This document shows positions 8,491 to 12,080 of a stretch of 12,080 nucleotides of DNA, piece by piece. A model generated the notes under the pieces. That model saw only the letters and a program-made list of their open reading frames with translations. It was not told the DNA's origin and searched no databases. Numbering within the stretch: position 1 is the first letter of the stretch; the number at the start of each line of letters is the position of its first letter. A program made the position numbers and the translations under genes. Source of the DNA: Gemmatimonadota bacterium (GTDB lineage Bacteria > Gemmatimonadota > Gemmatimonadetes > Palauibacterales > KS3-K002); assembly GCA_039586795.1 (NCBI GenBank), contig JBDHJS010000075.1, positions 1 to 12,080 on the forward strand, given 5' to 3'.

Positions 8491-8571
8491 CCGCCCGACG
8501 CTTGCGCCCAACAAACCAGAGCCACCTATTAGATGCGCTCCAACTCGGCAAATACCAACCGCGAGGTCACC

Positions 8572-10611
8572 ATGAAGCCCGCCATGGCCAGGTTCGTCGG
8601 AACCGTAGTGCTCGCCGCCGCTCTCGCCGCCTGCGGCGGTGAACTGGACCAGACGTTCCTCCGCGATCAGACACCGATCATCCCTCGGGAAATCCTATTT
8701 GGCAACCCCGAGAAGATCTCAGCCCAGATCAGCCCCGACGGTTCGATGATCAGCTTTCGTGCCCCCGTCAATGGCGTGATGAACGTCTGGGTCGGCCCGG
8801 CCGCTGACCCCGATGCCGCGACGCCGATCACCCACGATACGGGACGCGGGATCCCCAACTATGGCTGGGCCTATACCGGAAAGCACATCATCTACGTCCA
8901 GGACCTCCACGGCGATGAGAACTGGCGCGCCTACAGCGTCAATCTCGACAACGGTGAGACCGTCGATCTCACACCCCTGGCCGGAGTCCAGGCGCGCTTC
9001 CAAGAAACCCATCCCGATTTCCCCGATGAGGCGCTCATCGGGCTCAACGATCGGGACCCGCGCCTCCACGACCTCTACCGGGTCAATATCAATACGGGCG
9101 CCCGGGAATTGGTGCTTCGCAATGAGGGTTTCGAGCGCTTCATCACCGACTCCGACTTCAACGTCCGGTTCGGCGGCCGCTTCACACGCGGTGGCGCGTT
9201 CGAGCTGCATCAGCCCTCGGGCGACAGTGGCTGGGAGCTTTGGCAGAGCTGGGGCCTGGAAGACTCGGAGACGACGTTCGGTCTCTTCTTCGATGAAACT
9301 GGCCGTACGCTCTATATGATGGATAGCCGCGACCGGAACACAGCCGCCTTCGTCGCCGTCGATGTGGAGACCGGAGAGAAGACCGTCATCGCCGAGGACC
9401 CGCTCGCCGATTTCGACGACGTCATGTACCACCCCCGCGATCATCACATCGAGGCTGTTGCGTTCTACTACGACCGAAAGAACTGGCGCCTGCTCGACGA
9501 ATCCCTCGCCGACGACTTCGAGTATCTGGCCGACGTCGCCGATGGCGACTTCGAGGTGACCAGCCGCAGCCTCGACGACCGTCGTTGGGTCGTCCAATAC
9601 ACCATGGACGTTAGTACGCCGCGCTACTACCTCTACGATCGTGACCGCGGTGAAGCGACGTTTCTATTCTCCATCCAGCCGATCCTCGACGAGTGGCAGC
9701 TAGCGAAGATGCACCCGGTCATCATCGAATCTCGTGACGGCCTGAACCTGGTCAGCTACCTGACGCTCCCCATCTGGGCCGACCAGAACGAACACGGCCG
9801 TCCCCAGAGGCCCGTACCCCTGGTACTCAACCCGCACGGCGGACCGTGGTGGCGCAACTTCTGGGGCTTGAGCACCACTCATCAGTGGCTGGCGAACCGC
9901 GGATACGCCGTGCTCAGCGTAAACTTCCGCGGCTCCACGGGCTTCGGTAAAGAGTTCCTCAACGCCAGCACCGGCGAGTGGGCCGGCAAGATGCACGACG
10001 ACCTGATCGACGCCGTGCGCTGGGCCGTTGACGAAGGCATCACCCACCCGGACAGCGTCGCCATCATGGGCGGCAGTTACGGAGGCTACGCGACGCTGGT
10101 TGGCATGACGTTCACGCCGGACGACTTCGCCTGCGGAGTGGATATCGTCGGCCCATCCAACATCGTCACCCTCTTCGAGTCGTTCCCACCCTACTGGGGT
10201 CCGCGCATCGAGCGCTGGGTGGCCCGCGTGGGTGGCGACCATCGCACCGAGGAGGGACGCGAGTTCCTACTCTCGCGATCGCCCATCTCGTTCGTAAACC
10301 GAATCTCCAAGCCGCTGCTCATCGGCCAGGGCTCGAACGACCCCCGGGTCAACCAGGCCGAGTCGGACCAGATCGTCGCGGCCATGGTGGAGCGGGAGAT
10401 ACCGGTGACCTATGTCGTCTTCCCCGACGAAGGTCACGGCTTTGGCCGACCCGAGAACAAAATGGCGTTCAACGCCGTCACGGAAGCGTTCCTCTCCCGT
10501 TGCCTGAATGGCAAGATCGAGTTGATCGGGGATGACTTCCAGGGCTCGAGTATCACCGTGCCGGCAGGCGCCGAGTACGTGCCGGATTTGGCGCAAGCGA
10601 TAGGCCAGTAG
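8572..10611 (+). CDS. S9 family serine peptidase (dipeptidyl aminopeptidase / acylaminoacyl peptidase), predicted lipoprotein
   Basis: GAGG at 8563-8566 precedes ATG 8572. Signal peptide ends in lipobox LAAC (Cys codon 8632-8634). N-terminal propeller-like region (QISPDG), HGGPW, LANRGYAVLSVNFRGSTGFG, and catalytic triad GGSYGG / NDPRV / DEGHGF. Confidence 0.92.
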   Translation: MKPAMARFVGTVVLAAALAACGGELDQTFLRDQTPIIPREILFGNPEKISAQISPDGSMISFRAPVNGVMNVWVGPAADPDAATPITHDTGRGIPNYGWAYTGKHIIYVQDLHGDENWRAYSVNLDNGETVDLTPLAGVQARFQETHPDFPDEALIGLNDRDPRLHDLYRVNINTGARELVLRNEGFERFITDSDFNVRFGGRFTRGGAFELHQPSGDSGWELWQSWGLEDSETTFGLFFDETGRTLYMMDSRDRNTAAFVAVDVETGEKTVIAEDPLADFDDVMYHPRDHHIEAVAFYYDRKNWRLLDESLADDFEYLADVADGDFEVTSRSLDDRRWVVQYTMDVSTPRYYLYDRDRGEATFLFSIQPILDEWQLAKMHPVIIESRDGLNLVSYLTLPIWADQNEHGRPQRPVPLVLNPHGGPWWRNFWGLSTTHQWLANRGYAVLSVNFRGSTGFGKEFLNASTGEWAGKMHDDLIDAVRWAVDEGITHPDSVAIMGGSYGGYATLVGMTFTPDDFACGVDIVGPSNIVTLFESFPPYWGPRIERWVARVGGDHRTEEGREFLLSRSPISFVNRISKPLLIGQGSNDPRVNQAESDQIVAAMVEREIPVTYVVFPDEGHGFGRPENKMAFNAVTEAFLSRCLNGKIELIGDDFQGSSITVPAGAEYVPDLAQAIGQ

Positions 10612-10664
10612 ACAGTAGACGGGAGACGGTGGACGGTAGACGGTAGACAGTAGACGGTAGACGG
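10607..10664. repeat. Heptamer tandem repeat (RGTAGAC) x8 filling the whole intergenic space
   Basis: AGTAGAC, AGTAGAC, GGGAGAC, GGTGGAC, GGTAGAC, GGTAGAC, AGTAGAC, GGTAGAC (10607-10662), then GG and ATG 10665. The first unit contains the S9 stop TAG. Confidence 0.92.
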
Positions 10665-11522
10665 ATGAAAGACCTTACTGGAAGAGTCGTTCTCATCACC
10701 GGCGCCTCCCGGGGGCTTGGACTTCACAGTGCTCGGGCGCTAGCGGCACAGGGCGCGAAGCTCGTGCTCGCTGCGCGATCGGGCGACCTGCTCGAAAGTG
10801 CGGCGGCTGAGCTACGCGATGGAGGGGCGGCGGCAGTCGCCGTGCCCACCGACGTTACCGACCGCGAGGACTTACAGGCGTTGGTGACGAAGGCGACCGA
10901 TGAGTTCGGCGGCGTCGACGTGCTCGTCAACAACGCCGGCACCGTCACCATCTATCCGTACGAACAGCTCGGCGTCGATGATATCGAACGAGTGATCAAC
11001 CTGAACCTGACGTCGGCGATGGTTCTGACCCGCCTCGCCCTACCTGGCATGCTCGAGCGGGGACGCGGACACATCGTCAACATGTCGTCGCTGGCCGGCC
11101 TCTTCGGCCCGCCGTTCGACGAAGTCTACGGCGCCACCAAGGCCGGCCTGATCGGCTTCACCCAGTCGCTGCGCGCCGAGTTCAGAGACCGGGGCGTCAG
11201 CGCCTCGGTCATCTGCCCCGGCTACGTCGAAGAGGCGGGAATCTACCACGAAGGAAAACAATTCCACGAACGGACCGCGCCACGACTGATCGGCACCACG
11301 ACGCCGGAGGCGGTGGCGAAGGCTGTCGTCCGCGCCATCAAGCACGACCGCCCCCACATCAACGTCAGCCCCTCGCCCGTACGCCCACTCGCCGCCATCG
11401 GCCGCATCAGCCCCGGCTTCGCCGAGTGGTTTCTGAAGAAAATCGACGGCTGGGCGCCCTTTCACGGAGGAAAAGACGCCAACGTGAAGTTGGGCGGCAA
11501 GATGACCGGCGTGAACCAATAA
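10665..11522 (+). CDS. Classical short-chain dehydrogenase/reductase (SDR), probably NADP(H)-dependent
   Basis: TGASRGLG Rossmann motif, LAARS (basic residue after beta-2), VLVNNAG, NMSS and catalytic YGATK. Confidence 0.92.
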   Translation: MKDLTGRVVLITGASRGLGLHSARALAAQGAKLVLAARSGDLLESAAAELRDGGAAAVAVPTDVTDREDLQALVTKATDEFGGVDVLVNNAGTVTIYPYEQLGVDDIERVINLNLTSAMVLTRLALPGMLERGRGHIVNMSSLAGLFGPPFDEVYGATKAGLIGFTQSLRAEFRDRGVSASVICPGYVEEAGIYHEGKQFHERTAPRLIGTTTPEAVAKAVVRAIKHDRPHINVSPSPVRPLAAIGRISPGFAEWFLKKIDGWAPFHGGKDANVKLGGKMTGVNQ

Positions 11523-11542
11523 AGAGAACTACCCGCCCTCGT

Positions 11543-11574
11543 AATCCCCGAATCCCAGAATCCGAGAATCCCCT
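11543..11574. repeat. Octamer tandem repeat (AATCCNNG-like) x4
   Basis: AATCCCCG 11543, AATCCCAG 11551, AATCCGAG 11559, AATCCCCT 11567. Confidence 0.75.
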
Positions 11575-11592
11575 CTCCCCTTGCGTTTCTAG

Positions 11593-11670
11593 GTTGCCCT
11601 GGTCGCTTGCGCCATCCCGGCCGTCCGCGCCAGTCGCTTCGACCCGGTGACGGCCCTGCGCGCCGAATAG
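11593..11670 (+). pseudogene. Orphan 3' end of an FtsX/MacB-like (ADOP-type) ABC permease gene
   Basis: Translates VALVACAIPAVRASRFDPVTALRAE*, matching the characteristic permease C-terminus (VALxAxxxPAxRAxRxDPxxALRxE). An in-frame TAG (11590-11592) sits directly before it and there is no start codon or room for the rest of the gene. Confidence 0.78.
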
Positions 11671-11703
11671 TGCGGCAGGCGGACCGAGCGACCCGAGTCG
11701 GAT

Positions 11704-11732
11704 CCAACCTTCTGGGCCGACCTGGAGTCAAA
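11704..11732 (+). promoter_or_regulatory. Putative ECF (sigmaE-type) promoter
   Basis: CCAACCT (11704-11710), a 16-nt spacer and GTCAAA (11727-11732) resemble the sigmaE-type GGAACTT-N16-GTCAAA consensus. The AAC core and -10 match; the -35 GG does not. Confidence 0.45.
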
Positions 11733-11752
11733 CCTAGAGGAGCCCAGACCCG

Positions 11753-11803
11753 ATGAATCCTATACGACCCTCGCTACGTAGGGCTTTGTCGAGAGCCCTT
11801 TAA
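11753..11803 (+). CDS. Putative 16-aa upstream ORF / leader peptide MNPIRPSLRRALSRAL
   Basis: Strong SD-like AGAGGAG (11736-11742) 10 nt before ATG 11753; stop TAA 11801-11803, 16 nt before the ABC ATPase start. Confidence 0.3.
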   Translation: MNPIRPSLRRALSRAL

Positions 11804-11819
11804 CCAGGATGGAATAGGT

Positions 11820-12080
11820 ATGGCAACTAACGGAAATGGCAAATCGCTCATTAAGCTCGACGGCGTGAAGAAGGTCTTCTACACCGAAGAGGTGGAGACT
11901 CACGCGCTGGCCGATGTCCACCTGGACATCAAAGAGGGCGACTATGTGGCCATCGCCGGCCCGTCGGGCTGCGGCAAGACCACGCTGCTCTCGATCCTCG
12001 GGCTGCTCGACACGCCCACCGGCGGCGAGTACCTGCTGGATGCCGAGCCGGTAGCGAACCTGACGGCCTCACAGCGAGCC
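11820..12080 (+). CDS. ABC transporter ATP-binding protein, LolD/MacB-type (runs off the window end)
   Basis: Not in the ORF track. ATG 11820 gives MATNGNGKSLIKLDGVKKVFYTEEVETHALADVHLDIKEGDYVAIAGPSGCGKTTLLSILGLLDTPTGGEY, with Walker A GPSGCGKT. Purine-rich AGGATGGAATAGG lies upstream. Confidence 0.93.
   Translation, partial: MATNGNGKSLIKLDGVKKVFYTEEVETHALADVHLDIKEGDYVAIAGPSGCGKTTLLSILGLLDTPTGGEYLLDAEPVANLTASQRA

Noticed and set aside
8533..8571. Longer S9 start at ATG 8533
   Set aside because: No SD. ATG 8572 has GAGG and gives a normal-length lipoprotein signal with Cys at residue 21.
8719..9597. 292-aa - strand ORF
   Set aside because: Antisense shadow of the S9 peptidase, expected from high-GC codon bias; no recognisable motifs.
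10607..10664. Tandem tracts as a CRISPR array
   Set aside because: Units are 7-8 nt and contiguous with no spacers; no cas genes in the window.
10434..10727. 97-aa - strand ORF with PSTV repeats
   Set aside because: The peptide periodicity is just the translation of the heptamer tract, and the ORF overlaps two real genes.
11671..11750. Inverted repeats (TCTGGGC 11711-11717 / GCCCAGA 11742-11748; CCGA/TCGG) as a known riboswitch or ncRNA
   Set aside because: No recognisable family motif. Short GC stems are common by chance, and the left arm would lie upstream of the predicted TSS. An Rfam/Infernal search would settle it.

Overview
GC-rich bacterial DNA with two parts. The left part (1-6035) is a dense trehalose-metabolism cluster. 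On the + strand are the 3' part of a TreT-like GT4 glycosyltransferase, a terminator hairpin and otsA. On the - strand, converging on otsA, is a tightly coupled three-gene operon: beta-phosphoglucomutase-like HAD, otsB, and a GH65 phosphorylase whose 3' end overlaps otsA by 43 nt. The right part holds a rhomboid protease, a SlyD-like FKBP PPIase and an exported alpha/beta hydrolase (- strand), then a lipoprotein S9 peptidase, an SDR oxidoreductase and the start of a LolD/MacB-type ABC ATPase (+ strand). The ORF track misses several things: three different 7/8-nt tandem-repeat tracts at gene boundaries (8441-8490, 10607-10664, 11543-11574), a 25-codon orphan C-terminus of an FtsX/MacB (ADOP-like) permease (11593-11670), and an ECF-like promoter, 16-aa uORF and hairpin ahead of the ABC ATPase. 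The gene style suggests Gemmatimonadota or Acidobacteriota (inference only). The best candidate for a new system is the HAD-otsB-GH65 operon as a possible nucleotide-sugar-independent route from glucose-6-phosphate to trehalose, set antisense to otsA. All product calls come from motif recognition, not database searches.
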